A program made the position numbers and the translations under genes. DNA of 64,000 nt from a virus (taxonomy: Duplodnaviria; Heunggongvirae; Uroviricota; Caudoviricetes): the IMG/VR virus record IMGVR_UViG_3300037466_002980, positions 234,811 through 298,810 of that record; one strand, 5' to 3'. Positions 10,538 through 19,967 of this stretch are shown here, piece after piece; the first letter of the stretch is position 1; each line of letters starts with the position of its first letter. Under the pieces are notes generated by a model. The model worked only from the letters and a program-made list of their open reading frames with translations. It made no database searches and was not told the origin of the DNA.

Positions 10538-10742
10538 GTAGGTTTCTGATCTTTAAGTTTCTTTTTATATTCTTCTACCAATTCTGGTGGTACTAAAAAA
10601 TGTCCCACTCGAACACGTTGCTCCGGAACATTATAATGTTTACTAGGAAAACAATCTCGATATTTTTGTGCCCACATAAATTATTTCTCCAGGGTGGCCA
10701 GGTTAGAGGAGCCGAAGGCGCCGCGCCGAAAAGCCTTCGATT

Positions 10743-11045
10743 TCAATCATTATCTGCGTCTTTAAATTCATCTTCTATTGCTTTTAAATCTTTAGAATAT
10801 CCTTTGCGCCAAGTATTATAATCTACATCAATTACATTCGGATTAAGTGGATATTTTAGATTAAAAAATGATTCCCTTTCTTCATTTTCAAAAACAACAC
10901 ACATTCCATAAAATCTTTTAACGTTATCATCACCAGCTAAATTAAAATACTTAAATTTATATCCATCTTCCATAATATCATTTGTCCAAGAAGAATTTTG
11001 TCTTAAAGTATAAAAATTAAAGAAAAATAGTGGAACTATTTTCAT
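10743..11045 (-). CDS. array A small protein
   Basis: FENEERESFFNLKY. Confidence 0.7.
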   Translation of the reverse strand: MKIVPLFFFNFYTLRQNSSWTNDIMEDGYKFKYFNLAGDDNVKRFYGMCVVFENEERESFFNLKYPLNPNVIDVDYNTWRKGYSKDLKAIEDEFKDADND

Positions 11046-11344
11046 GGTATTAATTCTACTGGCTTATTATTTCTAATTCTTTCTAATTCTTTGTAATCCC
11101 AGCGCAGTTTAAACATTAATGCTTCTTCTTCAGATTCAAATGTAAGTAAATTTTCATTTCTTCTAAATTTTATATCGGGGTAGAGTTTAGAAAAGATGTT
11201 TATAAGTGTATTATATTTTGTATTCTTAATAAAATTTCTAAACTCAATCAACTGAGCCGATATTACATAATCATCATCTAATTCGTATAAGGTAATAGTA
11301 TATTCATTATTAGGCATTATACACCAGCTCTTCCATTCTTCCAT
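11042..11344 (-). CDS. array A small protein
   Basis: FESEEEALMFKLRW. Confidence 0.75.
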   Translation of the reverse strand: MEEWKSWCIMPNNEYTITLYELDDDYVISAQLIEFRNFIKNTKYNTLINIFSKLYPDIKFRRNENLLTFESEEEALMFKLRWDYKELERIRNNKPVELIP

Positions 11345-11544
11345 AATAATTTAAACATTAACATATCCTCCGGAGAATCAAACATAGCATAGTTTCTTAC
11401 AAATATAAATTCAATATGTGGATACTCTTCTCTAAAATCATTTACAAATTTATTATACAAAACTTTTATTCGATAATTATACGTATATTCTGTATCAAAG
11501 TTCTTATATTCGAATAACTTCAGTTGGTACTTTAATTCTTCCAT
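11317..11544 (-). CDS. array A small protein
   Basis: FDSPEDMLMFKLLW. Confidence 0.75.
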   Translation of the reverse strand: MEELKYQLKLFEYKNFDTEYTYNYRIKVLYNKFVNDFREEYPHIEFIFVRNYAMFDSPEDMLMFKLLWKNGRAGV

Positions 11545-11753
11545 AATAGTTTAAACAACAACATATCCTCTTGTGTTTCAAATGTGATATAACTATCTTT
11601 ATACCACATGTATTTAACATTTGGATACTGTTTTGTAAACTCTTCTATCAATGCAGAATATCTATTAGATAACTTATAATATCTCTCCACATCTAGCCAA
11701 ATCTCAATACGTCCATAATCAAATAATTTTATTTTGTATTGTATGTCTTCCAT
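11532..11753 (-). CDS. array A small protein
   Basis: FETQEDMLLFKLLW. Confidence 0.75.
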   Translation of the reverse strand: MEDIQYKIKLFDYGRIEIWLDVERYYKLSNRYSALIEEFTKQYPNVKYMWYKDSYITFETQEDMLLFKLLWKN

Positions 11754-11962
11754 ATTAGCATAAACATTAATCTATCTTCTTCAGTTTCGAACTCTACCAC
11801 ATTATCAGCAATACGAGTAAAACGTATATCTGAATTCTTACTTTTAAGTAATCCAATGAATAAATTAGCATGAATAAGATTAAATGAATTAGCCAACTCA
11901 TGCCATGGATCTTTGTTTGTCGGTTGTATTTCGTAAAGTGTGAATTGTATTCCATGATTCAT
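11729..11962 (-). CDS. array A small protein
   Basis: FETEEDRLMFMLIW. Confidence 0.75.
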   Translation of the reverse strand: MNHGIQFTLYEIQPTNKDPWHELANSFNLIHANLFIGLLKSKNSDIRFTRIADNVVEFETEEDRLMFMLIWKTYNTK

Positions 11963-11965
11963 ATT

Positions 11966-12181
11966 TTAAACTCGCATCGGCTGAACATTGAACTTAAGAC
12001 AAAATACCAAAATGTCATCTTTAGAATTGAAAATTACAGAATTGACCGTAGGATAATAACCTATCTTATTTTCTTTAAAATATGTCATTACTTCAATTGT
12101 TATATCAACAGTGTACCAATCTGTATATTCAGCTAAATTTCTTTCTTTATTCCAAACTAAAAATCTACAACTTGATTTCAT
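11966..12181 (-). CDS. array A small protein
   Basis: FNSKDDILVFCLKF. Confidence 0.7.
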   Translation of the reverse strand: MKSSCRFLVWNKERNLAEYTDWYTVDITIEVMTYFKENKIGYYPTVNSVIFNSKDDILVFCLKFNVQPMRV

Positions 12182-12480
12182 TCTTCAAAGTATTCTGAAT
12201 ATAAACGTTGAATTGCTATATCAAATAAATGTAAATTTACCATATCTAATGTTTCGATTAATTTACTTGACTGTGTAATAAAAGTTAGCTTGAAGATAAA
12301 CTCATCTGCTTCGTCTTTAAAGATAATTCCATCTGCTATAAACTTAAATCTATTATTTTTATCAGACGGCATATTAGTTAATAACCATTTTCTTATTTCT
12401 TTGCGCATTGAGTTATCAAACGATACTAGATTAGTTATTGCTATTTTCCTAGACATTTGATTACCAATTTTCTGTTTCAT
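12178..12480 (-). CDS. array A small protein
   Basis: FKDEADEFIFKLTF; real start probably 12456. Confidence 0.7.
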   Translation of the reverse strand: MKQKIGNQMSRKIAITNLVSFDNSMRKEIRKWLLTNMPSDKNNRFKFIADGIIFKDEADEFIFKLTFITQSSKLIETLDMVNLHLFDIAIQRLYSEYFEE

Positions 12481-12766
12481 CTATGTAATATTCTATATTA
12501 TGCTTTGCAAGATACGTTTGATAATTGTTCCAAGAGTAAACTTTTGATTTGAATGTTTTGAACTTTAATTTAAATAGCATTTCATCTTCTTTATATAAGA
12601 AGGCAAAACCATCCCATACAGCTATGTATCTAGTTTCATTATCAGAAACAATGTTTTCTTGTATCCACTTTGATGCACGCCAGAAGTCACTAATTGAAAC
12701 TGCTATCAATTGTCCATAGATTCTTCTACTGCTTATACTCATAGTTAGTAGTGTACTAGATTTCAC
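12461..12766 (-). CDS. array A small protein
   Basis: FLYKEDEMLFKLKF; real start probably 12742. Confidence 0.7.
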   Translation of the reverse strand: MKSSTLLTMSISSRRIYGQLIAVSISDFWRASKWIQENIVSDNETRYIAVWDGFAFLYKEDEMLFKLKFKTFKSKVYSWNNYQTYLAKHNIEYYIDETENW

Positions 12767-12950
12767 CGATTTAGGTCAAAATTGTACCACAATATATGAA
12801 CTTGACCAAAGACCATATACCGATTGTTTTACATAGTGGGAAATGGAGGGACCTATAGGTTTGCCCGAAAATTTCTAGTTGCGGCTTGCCGAAGCCCTCT
12901 CGGATTCACCTTCTTGAAAATTTACATGACTGACTGGATTTTGCGAGAAA

Positions 12951-13112
12951 TTACTTTTTCTTCGTCTTCGTTCCTTTCTCGATGTTCTTTTGATCTTCCA
13001 GCGAGAGGAAACCCATGTTGCTGGTAAGGGGATTGGTCACCAAGTAGCCACCTTGTTTGGCTTGCTTGTCCTGCGCACCCTTGTGGTGCTTATGCTTCTC
13101 TTTGTGTGCCAT
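12951..13112 (-). CDS. small basic protein (53 aa, MAHKEKHKHHKG...), not in ORF track
   Basis: AGGAG SD and own promoter at 13135-13182. Confidence 0.6.
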   Translation of the reverse strand: MAHKEKHKHHKGAQDKQAKQGGYLVTNPLTSNMGFLSLEDQKNIEKGTKTKKK

Positions 13113-13134
13113 GCTATGCTCCTTTGATGTTTTT

Positions 13135-13182
13135 ATTATAGCACTATTGTTTCAATGCACAAGCGGATTTACATCCTGTTAC
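13135..13182 (-). promoter_or_regulatory. sigma70-like promoter with upstream GTAA-N6-GTAA element (type example of ~17 copies)
   Basis: - strand GTAACAGGATGTAA-N6-TTGTGC-N16-TATAAT with TG extension; first-repeat positions on + coordinates 13169, 13657, 14397, 15000, 15490, 16350, 17074, 18354, 20770, 21726, 22415, 23632, 25492, 26125, 29514, 31393 and (+ strand) 29698. Confidence 0.85.
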
Positions 13183-13266
13183 ATCTTCTCGGAACTCTAA
13201 CTTAAGGTTAGAAGATGTATTGCGAGAAAGAAATGGCCAAAGGAAAGCCATGGCTTTCCTAACTCC

Positions 13267-13596
13267 TTAGAAGAGTGCTTGCTGCACAGGGGTGAGGTCG
13301 AGTTCTTCCACGATGCGCCCGCGATAGTCTCGGCGTACACGCGCTTTGAGTGCTTCGATTTTTTCGTACTTGAATTCGAGCACAGCTTCAACTTGTTTCC
13401 AAACGCGGCCATCTTTCTCGGGTTCGCTTCGTTTGTAAACGATAGCTTGCACGGTGTCGGGTGCAGCTTCCTTACCTTCCGCCCATGCTTGGTTCTCCTT
13501 GGCGCGGTCAAGGCAGAAGCTCTTGAGTTCCACGGAGACCTGCTGCGTGATATCCGCTGTGGCAGGTACGTTGGATTTGAGCTTGGTGGTGTGCAT
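13267..13596 (-). CDS. hypothetical early protein
   Basis: 109 aa, AGGAG SD, own promoter 13623-13670. Confidence 0.8.
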   Translation of the reverse strand: MHTTKLKSNVPATADITQQVSVELKSFCLDRAKENQAWAEGKEAAPDTVQAIVYKRSEPEKDGRVWKQVEAVLEFKYEKIEALKARVRRDYRGRIVEELDLTPVQQALF

Positions 13597-13666
13597 TTGC
13601 TACTCCTGCTGTTGATGTTTTTATTATAGCAGGAAAGTTTCAGCACACAAGCGAAATTACAACTTG

Positions 13667-13873
13667 TTACGTCTTCTTCTTTTCCGCCTCCAGAAACATC
13701 GCGTGAGCTGCTTCGCAATCACGGATGGCAAGTGCGAGATGAATATTGGCGTCCGCCAACTTGTTCCTCATTTCACCCGTCGGGGTGGTACTGATGGCGT
13801 ACTCGAGGCCTTGCTGGATAATTTCCAGTCCGCCGATGGAATTGCGCATGATGTAACCGACGGAGATGGTCAT
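13667..13873 (-). CDS. hypothetical protein
   Basis: Start MTISVGY preceded by GGGAG. Confidence 0.6.
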   Translation of the reverse strand: MTISVGYIMRNSIGGLEIIQQGLEYAISTTPTGEMRNKLADANIHLALAIRDCEAAHAMFLEAEKKKT

Positions 13874-14035
13874 CTCAGGCTCCCGGATAAAGAAGTGTCC
13901 AAGCAAGAAAGAGGGCAATGCCCTGGAAGAAACTGCGTTCGGCAGCCCGGCTGTAGGCACCAGTGAACAGGCCAGCCCAAAGGAAGTTGCTGGATGCCAG
14001 CCCAGCTTCCAGCACAAACAACGTGTGTACGGGGC

Positions 14036-14341
14036 TCATACGTGCTCCTTTGCGCGGCTATCCAGCAACGTATCTACCGCGTTGGGATACCGCATTTCGT
14101 ACGAGTGATCCACTTCCATCAGCTGGTACGTGGTGCCATCCGGTGCACTGACAAACACCTCGCCACCCAAGTCCATGCACACGGAGCCGATTGGGTCAGT
14201 GCAAATCGGATGGCCGTTGTGAAAGGTGGGATGGTCTTCCACGTACCCTGCGATGCACGCTTTCTGGGCATCTGGTGCTGCATACGGAAAGAGTATTCCC
14301 CACGGCATATCTGTCACGTACCAGTTGTGAAGTTTCACCAT
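14036..14341 (-). CDS. conserved phage hypothetical protein
   Basis: MVKLHNW...GYVEDHPTFHNG; SD and promoter 14363-14410. Confidence 0.7.
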   Translation of the reverse strand: MVKLHNWYVTDMPWGILFPYAAPDAQKACIAGYVEDHPTFHNGHPICTDPIGSVCMDLGGEVFVSAPDGTTYQLMEVDHSYEMRYPNAVDTLLDSRAKEHV

Positions 14342-14415
14342 GTTGCTCTCCTTGATGCTCTTAGTATAACACGCTATTCCTTTGGTGCAACCTGTTTTAC
14401 AACTAGTTGCATTCC

Positions 14416-14628
14416 TCAGCCGCGCTGTTCCATAATGAATGCAGGTGTGAGGAAGGTGCCCACCATGGCTACTGCGTCCAGTACCAAGAGGGAAAGCTGG
14501 CCGGCTATGGGCCAGTAATCCATTTGTTTCCCAAAATGGAGGCCGAGGTAACCCAGGAAAATCACAATCGTTATGCACAGGATTTCCACAGCCCACAGGA
14601 TGCTGAGAGTAACAATTTTCTTGTTCAT
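14416..14628 (-). CDS. small membrane protein
   Basis: Two TM segments, AGGAG SD. Confidence 0.7.
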   Translation of the reverse strand: MNKKIVTLSILWAVEILCITIVIFLGYLGLHFGKQMDYWPIAGQLSLLVLDAVAMVGTFLTPAFIMEQRG

Positions 14629-14637
14629 TTTGTTCTC

Positions 14638-14937
14638 CTAGTCATTCAGGATGTGCAGTTCCCACCCCTGGAGTTCGGGATGGGCTTGGAGTGTGCGTTG
14701 AGAAGGCCCGTAAATGAATACGTGCGTCTCGTCGCCGTCACCTTCATTGCGCAGTCTGTTCCAGAGGGTGATGTCCTGCAAGCGGTTGCTTTTGATAGCA
14801 ATGGTAGGTTGCATCTGCACTTGCAACCAGTCCCTAAAGGGCATTAAATCACTGCTAAAGCACACAAGCCACTTCTTATCCTTGTGTACGGAAAATTGTT
14901 CCCCGTTAAATCTTGGAACTGTGACAGGCATTACCAT
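14638..14937 (-). CDS. hypothetical protein
   Basis: AGGAG SD; promoter 14966-15013. Confidence 0.65.
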   Translation of the reverse strand: MVMPVTVPRFNGEQFSVHKDKKWLVCFSSDLMPFRDWLQVQMQPTIAIKSNRLQDITLWNRLRNEGDGDETHVFIYGPSQRTLQAHPELQGWELHILND

Positions 14938-15180
14938 TTGGAAAGCTCCTGCTGTTGATGCTTGAATTATAGCAGAAGCTTTCCAAAGTGCAACCACTGT
15001 TACACCTTGTTACGTCAGGATGCCTCACCGGACATCACTTTGATGCAACGGTGCTCTTGAGGTGATACTCGCAGCGTATAGGCAGCCGTATGGCATGCAA
15101 CACTTGTTGGAAATGTCCCAGCCGCTTCCCAATGCGCGTAGGACAATCCAGTGGTAACCCAAAGGTACAGAATAATCATC

Positions 15181-15435
15181 TTACTCCTCGTGGTGCAGGG
15201 CTCTGTTAAGCAGGTAGCCGAAAGAGATGACAGTCAGTACCTTCAGAAAAAGGTTGACAATTCCGACAGGAACCCATAGCACGAATGCCAGGAACATCTC
15301 CGCCGGCGGAGCACTGGTATCGAATGCTACAGCACGCAATTCAGCTTCCGCACGCGAAATGAAATACATCAGGTATGCGATGAGCCACATTGTGAAAAGT
15401 GTTGCAGCAATGATCAGAAGTCCTTGTAGTAACAT
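15181..15435 (-). CDS. membrane protein, paralog of 49411-49668
   Basis: IAYLMYFI...LAFVLWVP. Confidence 0.75.
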   Translation of the reverse strand: MLLQGLLIIAATLFTMWLIAYLMYFISRAEAELRAVAFDTSAPPAEMFLAFVLWVPVGIVNLFLKVLTVISFGYLLNRALHHEE

Positions 15436-15713
15436 GGTTACATCTCCTTTGTACTATTATAGCATGTCTCGCTTTCAATACAACCTATATTACACTTTGT
15501 TACACAATAGATCTCGGGACAAGACGATCAAGAGCCGAATTACTGCGGCCGAGGTTACATTTGTGCAAATATTTGTGCAAATATTTGTTCGCATATATCT
15601 GGCTCTGACTCTTGATCAAAGCTGCCGAGGCTGTTTGTAATTATGCATTATGCATTATACCACCCTCGGAACAGGTCATGAGGTCAAATTAACCACCATC
15701 CGAGAAGATATGG

Positions 15714-15745
15714 CCAAAAGAAAACCCTGCACGGAGCAGGGCTTC
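15714..15745 (-). terminator. rho-independent terminator
   Basis: CCCTGC-loop-GCAGGG stem followed by TTTTCTTTT on the - strand. Confidence 0.7.
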
Positions 15746-15758
15746 TTATGTGCGTGGA

Positions 15759-16265
15759 TTACGCTGCGGGTTGCTGTTCCGCGGCCTTCTTGGTGTTCCG
15801 GTTGCCCTTGCGCTTCATCTCGGACTTCGTGTCCTGCTTGGGAGCTTCGATGGCAGGCTGCTCTTGCACTTCAGCAGCGGGTGCCTCGAGTTCTTCCACC
15901 TTGGGCTGGAACGTGATTGCCAGGACGTTGCTTTCCAGCACCTCGGAGACAGCCCCTGCATCCTGTTGTTCGGGCTGTTGCGGGGGCACAACAACTTTCT
16001 TCTTGCGCCCGCCCTTCTTGTCCTCGGGGCGGCCCAGTCCTTCCAGCAGCGCAGCCAGTGCGGTGTCCTGTGCGGAAGCCTTGCGCGCTTGGATGAACGC
16101 GTGGTTGTAGTGGGACGAGGCAGCACCCAGCGTGATGCCGTAGTCCGTCATCGCCTGAGACATGACGCCCTTGCGGAACGCAACGTTGCCCTCGGGCGTT
16201 TTCACGCGGGTGGGAAGCGCAGCCATGAAGAGACGGTTGACGCCTTGACGAATGCCCTTATCCAT
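15759..16265 (-). CDS. 'DKGIR/EDKKGGRK' family protein copy 1 (putative helical DNA-binding domain + disordered tail)
   Basis: MDKGIR...AASSHYNHAF...EGLGRPEDKKGGRKKK. Confidence 0.8.
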   Translation of the reverse strand: MDKGIRQGVNRLFMAALPTRVKTPEGNVAFRKGVMSQAMTDYGITLGAASSHYNHAFIQARKASAQDTALAALLEGLGRPEDKKGGRKKKVVVPPQQPEQQDAGAVSEVLESNVLAITFQPKVEELEAPAAEVQEQPAIEAPKQDTKSEMKRKGNRNTKKAAEQQPAA

Positions 16266-16456
16266 ACTATGCACTCCTTCCAGTTTGCGCTTGACGCGCT
16301 GTTGAACATGATTGCAGTATAGCAGTGGTGCGCTATGATGCAAGTGGATTTACATCCTGTTACACATTCATGTTCTCTGTTGTTTCGATCCCACAGTCGG
16401 TGCGAGGAGAAGCGGTTTCTCGGAAAGGTCCCGGTGGATTCTCCGAGAAGAAGGCC

Positions 16457-16699
16457 TCAGCCCTTCCACCCGATGACGTCCTTCTCGGACTGAGAGATCT
16501 TCACCTTGAAACGGAGGCCAAGGGCATCGCCCTCCGCGGGAATCGTGTTCCATTGGCCTTCGTCACCGTTGGCGAAAGCCATCTGGATGGTGTCCGACAA
16601 CACCTTTTGAATTTCGATGGCATCGGCCAACGAATTGATGGTCACTTGAACACGGCCACCAATGAAATTGATGTTGACCGGTTGTTTGGTGGTAATCAT
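16457..16699 (-). CDS. hypothetical protein
   Basis: 80 aa, GGAG SD. Confidence 0.7.
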   Translation of the reverse strand: MITTKQPVNINFIGGRVQVTINSLADAIEIQKVLSDTIQMAFANGDEGQWNTIPAEGDALGLRFKVKISQSEKDVIGWKG

Positions 16700-17019
16700 A
16701 CGAGCTCCAGGAAGGATTCTTTGTAGACAACGAGAAACTCGCCGGTGGTCTTCCTTATGTAAACCTGTTCTTTCACTTCCTCGAAGATGTCATCTCCGGC
16801 GTAACTCATGAAAGCCCAGACACGAGAACTGAATAGGATTGGCTCCACTTCATCCATGGAAAGAGTGGGTCCCTCGTAGCCCTGTTCATTGCCCAAGGCC
16901 CAGTGCCAGAGAATGCCCTCTTCACGAATGTGTTGGAGCCATATCTCGTATTCGGCAGCATCCTCTTTGAACAAATCCTGGAGTGGATGCAACGGAACAA
17001 AACTTACTTTATCAGCCAT
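16696..17019 (-). CDS. hypothetical protein
   Basis: 107 aa, AGGAG SD, promoter 17040-17087. Confidence 0.75.
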   Translation of the reverse strand: MADKVSFVPLHPLQDLFKEDAAEYEIWLQHIREEGILWHWALGNEQGYEGPTLSMDEVEPILFSSRVWAFMSYAGDDIFEEVKEQVYIRKTTGEFLVVYKESFLELV

Positions 17020-17374
17020 GTTGCACTCCTTATGCGTATATTATAGTGCAGAAATGGAATCTCGCAACCAATTTTACATCTAGTTACGCGCCCTAGATTT
17101 GGATTTCAGATTTTAATTTCAGATTTTGGTTGTAGATTCCGAGGTTGGGTTATACACTGTACCTAAGATGACATTTGGGGCAATTTCGCCCTGTTAACCG
17201 TGGAGGAAGTCAGATGTCGCGAATCGTTGCTTTCGCTCACCGCTATGCGTCCCACGTGGGCGTCATTGACGCCAGTGTCACGCTTATCATTACCCAACAC
17301 ATCGGCACGCTTTCCGCGCTCGCTGCTGTGTTGTGTGTGCTGGATGTCATCTTCTACCGTGATGGAGGTGCGTT

Positions 17375-17641
17375 GTGATGGAAGTTCCACTGCTCGAGTT
17401 TTTCGAGGAAATCGCCGCCTGGATTCAACCATTACCAGAATCCGAGATGCGCATCCCCTGCCGTCCCAATGCTGAAGTGGTGCGCGAGGGCATGCACAAG
17501 CACCGTTGCCACAACTGTGGTACAACGTGGAAGCACAGCAACCTCTTGCCCCTGTTGGCAACGCCCAAAGAGAACAAGATTGCTCATTCGTGCCCCAAGT
17601 GCGGCACTGAAGAGTGGTTCAAGTACGGCCTCTTCTGCTGA
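17375..17641 (+). CDS. zinc-ribbon protein
   Basis: HRCHNCG...HSCPKCG. Confidence 0.65.
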   Translation: MMEVPLLEFFEEIAAWIQPLPESEMRIPCRPNAEVVREGMHKHRCHNCGTTWKHSNLLPLLATPKENKIAHSCPKCGTEEWFKYGLFC

Positions 17642-17913
17642 ACCCCAGATGTAACTGAACTCCGAGGCTGATCCCCTCGGAGATATTGCCCTTCAAGTTT
17701 CTCGGGTATTCTGAGGTGTCCAATCCCGAATGCCTTGAGGAAGAAGGCCTCGAAGAAGTTGTAACGCTCCTTCGGCAATTCGAGGTAGATCCGATCTCCT
17801 TCCTCGCGCCACTTGACCTGATAGCGCCTGAGGTCCCCTTTGCGGCCATTGAAAACAGCTCTGGTACCTCTTCGATTTTCAAGGACTAAGAGCATCAGTG
17901 TTTCGACATCCAA
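17584..17913 (-). CDS. hypothetical protein
   Basis: 109 aa ORF coupled to the upstream gene. Confidence 0.55.
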   Translation of the reverse strand: MDVETLMLLVLENRRGTRAVFNGRKGDLRRYQVKWREEGDRIYLELPKERYNFFEAFFLKAFGIGHLRIPEKLEGQYLRGDQPRSSVTSGVQQKRPYLNHSSVPHLGHE

Positions 17914-18296
17914 AGGATGAGTGGAGCGATGTCCCTGTGAACCTTCGCCAGTTCATGAAGCTGGTCATTCTTGAGTTCACGCTTCCAGTATTTGTGTTCC
18001 TGATTGAACCCTTTCACCATGTCATCATCCTCACAGATAGTCAGCAAGGACCCGAAGAGGGAATTGCCCGATTGTTCCATATTCAGCAAAGAATATGTCT
18101 TCTGGCCACCGTAGATGGTGGTGATGTTGATGTTGTCACCGATGACATTCGGGCTACCACCTTGCCCTGCATCGGAGAGAGTGAAATATGCGGCCAGGAG
18201 AGTGAGCTCGTCAGCCTTCAGCTTTCTGTTGGGGCCTTTGAGAACTTCATCATATGCATCATCACATGCCTGCATTTCACGGGTCCTGTCTTTCAT
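17895..18296 (-). CDS. hypothetical protein
   Basis: 133 aa, GGAG SD, promoter 18320-18367. Confidence 0.75.
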   Translation of the reverse strand: MKDRTREMQACDDAYDEVLKGPNRKLKADELTLLAAYFTLSDAGQGGSPNVIGDNINITTIYGGQKTYSLLNMEQSGNSLFGSLLTICEDDDMVKGFNQEHKYWKRELKNDQLHELAKVHRDIAPLILWMSKH

Positions 18297-18398
18297 TTGT
18301 GCCTAACTCCTATACTCAGATTATAATTCCAAATTCCAAATCTGCGACCACTTTTACATCTTGTAACTGGATCTAGGATTTGGAATTGAAACTCATAT

Positions 18399-18827
18399 TT
18401 AGGGTTTGGAGGGCCAAGGCTCGAATTTGCATGTTTTGATATTCGGATCTGTTTCCTTGTAATATTTGCAGAGCCTCCAAAACTCACGTTCCTTCTCACC
18501 ACTTTGCCAGATCACATACCCGAGAACGAATCCGACAACTGGTGCAGCGGTACTAGCACCTGCCAGCATCAGCAAGTTGTTCGTGGCAGCACCCCAGCTG
18601 GTAGCCGAAACGGCATCCGTAATAGGTAGTGCTTCCTCAATTGGAAGCGTTCTGGCATGCTCCACGAGTGCCATACGCAATGGAACTGTTGCAAAACCCA
18701 GCGGGTTCATTTCAACAGCATTGGTTGCAGCACTGGTGGTGATCGCATCCGCTGCAATTGCTTGATACTCGTCAGCGTGTACGTTAAACGAAATAGCAAG
18801 CAACGATGCTAGTAGCGTTGATTTCAT
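18399..18827 (-). CDS. exported/membrane hypothetical protein
   Basis: Signal peptide ending VHA; ADAITT...EMNPL; hydrophobic glycine-rich helices. Confidence 0.7.
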   Translation of the reverse strand: MKSTLLASLLAISFNVHADEYQAIAADAITTSAATNAVEMNPLGFATVPLRMALVEHARTLPIEEALPITDAVSATSWGAATNNLLMLAGASTAAPVVGFVLGYVIWQSGEKEREFWRLCKYYKETDPNIKTCKFEPWPSKP

Positions 18828-18882
18828 ATGCTAATGATAGCACAAAAGCTATCAAATGCAAGGATTTTTTGATGCCCTTGAA

Positions 18883-19167
18883 TCACGGAATACGCTCAAA
18901 TGGCGGATGTGCTACTTCAAGCGGAGCATTCCACATACGATAGAACTTCGGAGTATGTTCGATCTTCTTTTCCGGAACTATCTGTGGTATAGACTCTCGG
19001 ACCTTGTGGCCAACGGCCTTGATCCGCCCGTGCGAGGCCTGTACGAACGCCTTACACGATTTTGAGCAGAACCGTGCCCACCCCCTTGCCCGGTCGGCAA
19101 CCCGTGCTGTAAACAGCTTTTTGCAAGCTGGATTCGCGCAGGTGTACTGGGCAGTTGTAGGCATCAT
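18883..19167 (-). CDS. zinc-finger-like protein
   Basis: CANPACKKLF...RGWARFCSKSC. Confidence 0.65.
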   Translation of the reverse strand: MMPTTAQYTCANPACKKLFTARVADRARGWARFCSKSCKAFVQASHGRIKAVGHKVRESIPQIVPEKKIEHTPKFYRMWNAPLEVAHPPFERIP

Positions 19168-19430
19168 TACCCCTGTTTTTCGATGTGCTTGATGTGACTT
19201 TCCAAGGTGTCCCAGTAACCGCCCGCTTTGGCTGTCAGATCGCTCCAATAGTCACAATGAACACCTGTTGCGACTATCATTCGATGTTTTGTCTCAGGAT
19301 GTTCGTATTCGTAAGAACGAACGAGACCCTTGACTTCTAACGTCTTGGGCTGGAAGCCATGCTTTATCATGATCGGATAGTGCCACTGGGTTTCAACCTT
19401 GTGGACAACCTCATGAACATTTTTGTTCAT
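19167..19430 (-). CDS. hypothetical protein
   Basis: 87 aa ORF. Confidence 0.7.
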   Translation of the reverse strand: MNKNVHEVVHKVETQWHYPIMIKHGFQPKTLEVKGLVRSYEYEHPETKHRMIVATGVHCDYWSDLTAKAGGYWDTLESHIKHIEKQG

Positions 19431-19720
19431 TAGCTCAGCTTTCTGTAGAGGTTGGTGTACTGCTGAAGAATGCTGTTCGGAAAAGGCTTTGAAGTTGTCT
19501 TCAGATTTCCCATTGCTCCGGCAACCAAGAGCTTCAGAATGGACAATTCCTCGGGCCTAAACACCAAGCTGGCAGAGGAAAATTCCCCCACGATGCTCTG
19601 GAGAAGCAGTGGATCGAGGTTGTATTTTTTCGCAACCTCCACAACCTTTTCAATGGGCATGGTGCTCTCCTTACGGACACACGTGATACATGTTTTCGAT
19701 CTGCCTGACTTCCCAGCCAA
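19430..19720 (-). CDS. hypothetical protein
   Basis: ORF; real start probably MPIEK. Confidence 0.6.
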   Translation of the reverse strand: MAGKSGRSKTCITCVRKESTMPIEKVVEVAKKYNLDPLLLQSIVGEFSSASLVFRPEELSILKLLVAGAMGNLKTTSKPFPNSILQQYTNLYRKLS

Positions 19721-19958
19721 GCTCCTCGATAAGCTTCAGCTTTTCAGAATGAGTGGGACCTATGACATTGGCGGCATCGCCATTGCGCTTGAAGTATTCA
19801 TCTTCGAGCATTCGCTCGTGTCCCATGCGCAGCGTGTACCACTTTCCATTGCATTCCCATGAAGTGGAAAGATCCATGGGAACCGGAAAGCGTTTACCTT
19901 TCATCAAGGATGCTTTTTCGAGCTCGCTGCGATTGAACATAATTCTGATGCCCGTCAT
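19671..19958 (-). CDS. hypothetical protein
   Basis: 95 aa, GGAG SD. Confidence 0.65.
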   Translation of the reverse strand: MTGIRIMFNRSELEKASLMKGKRFPVPMDLSTSWECNGKWYTLRMGHERMLEDEYFKRNGDAANVIGPTHSEKLKLIEELGWEVRQIENMYHVCP

Positions 19959-19967
19959 GATATTCTC

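Larger units (their letters stand above)
10743..12766 (-). repeat. paralog array A: 8 small ORFs with F..EED.L.FKL.W/F motif
   Basis: 10743-11045, 11042-11344, 11317-11544, 11532-11753, 11729-11962, 11966-12181, 12178-12480, 12461-12766 all carry the motif. Confidence 0.8.
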
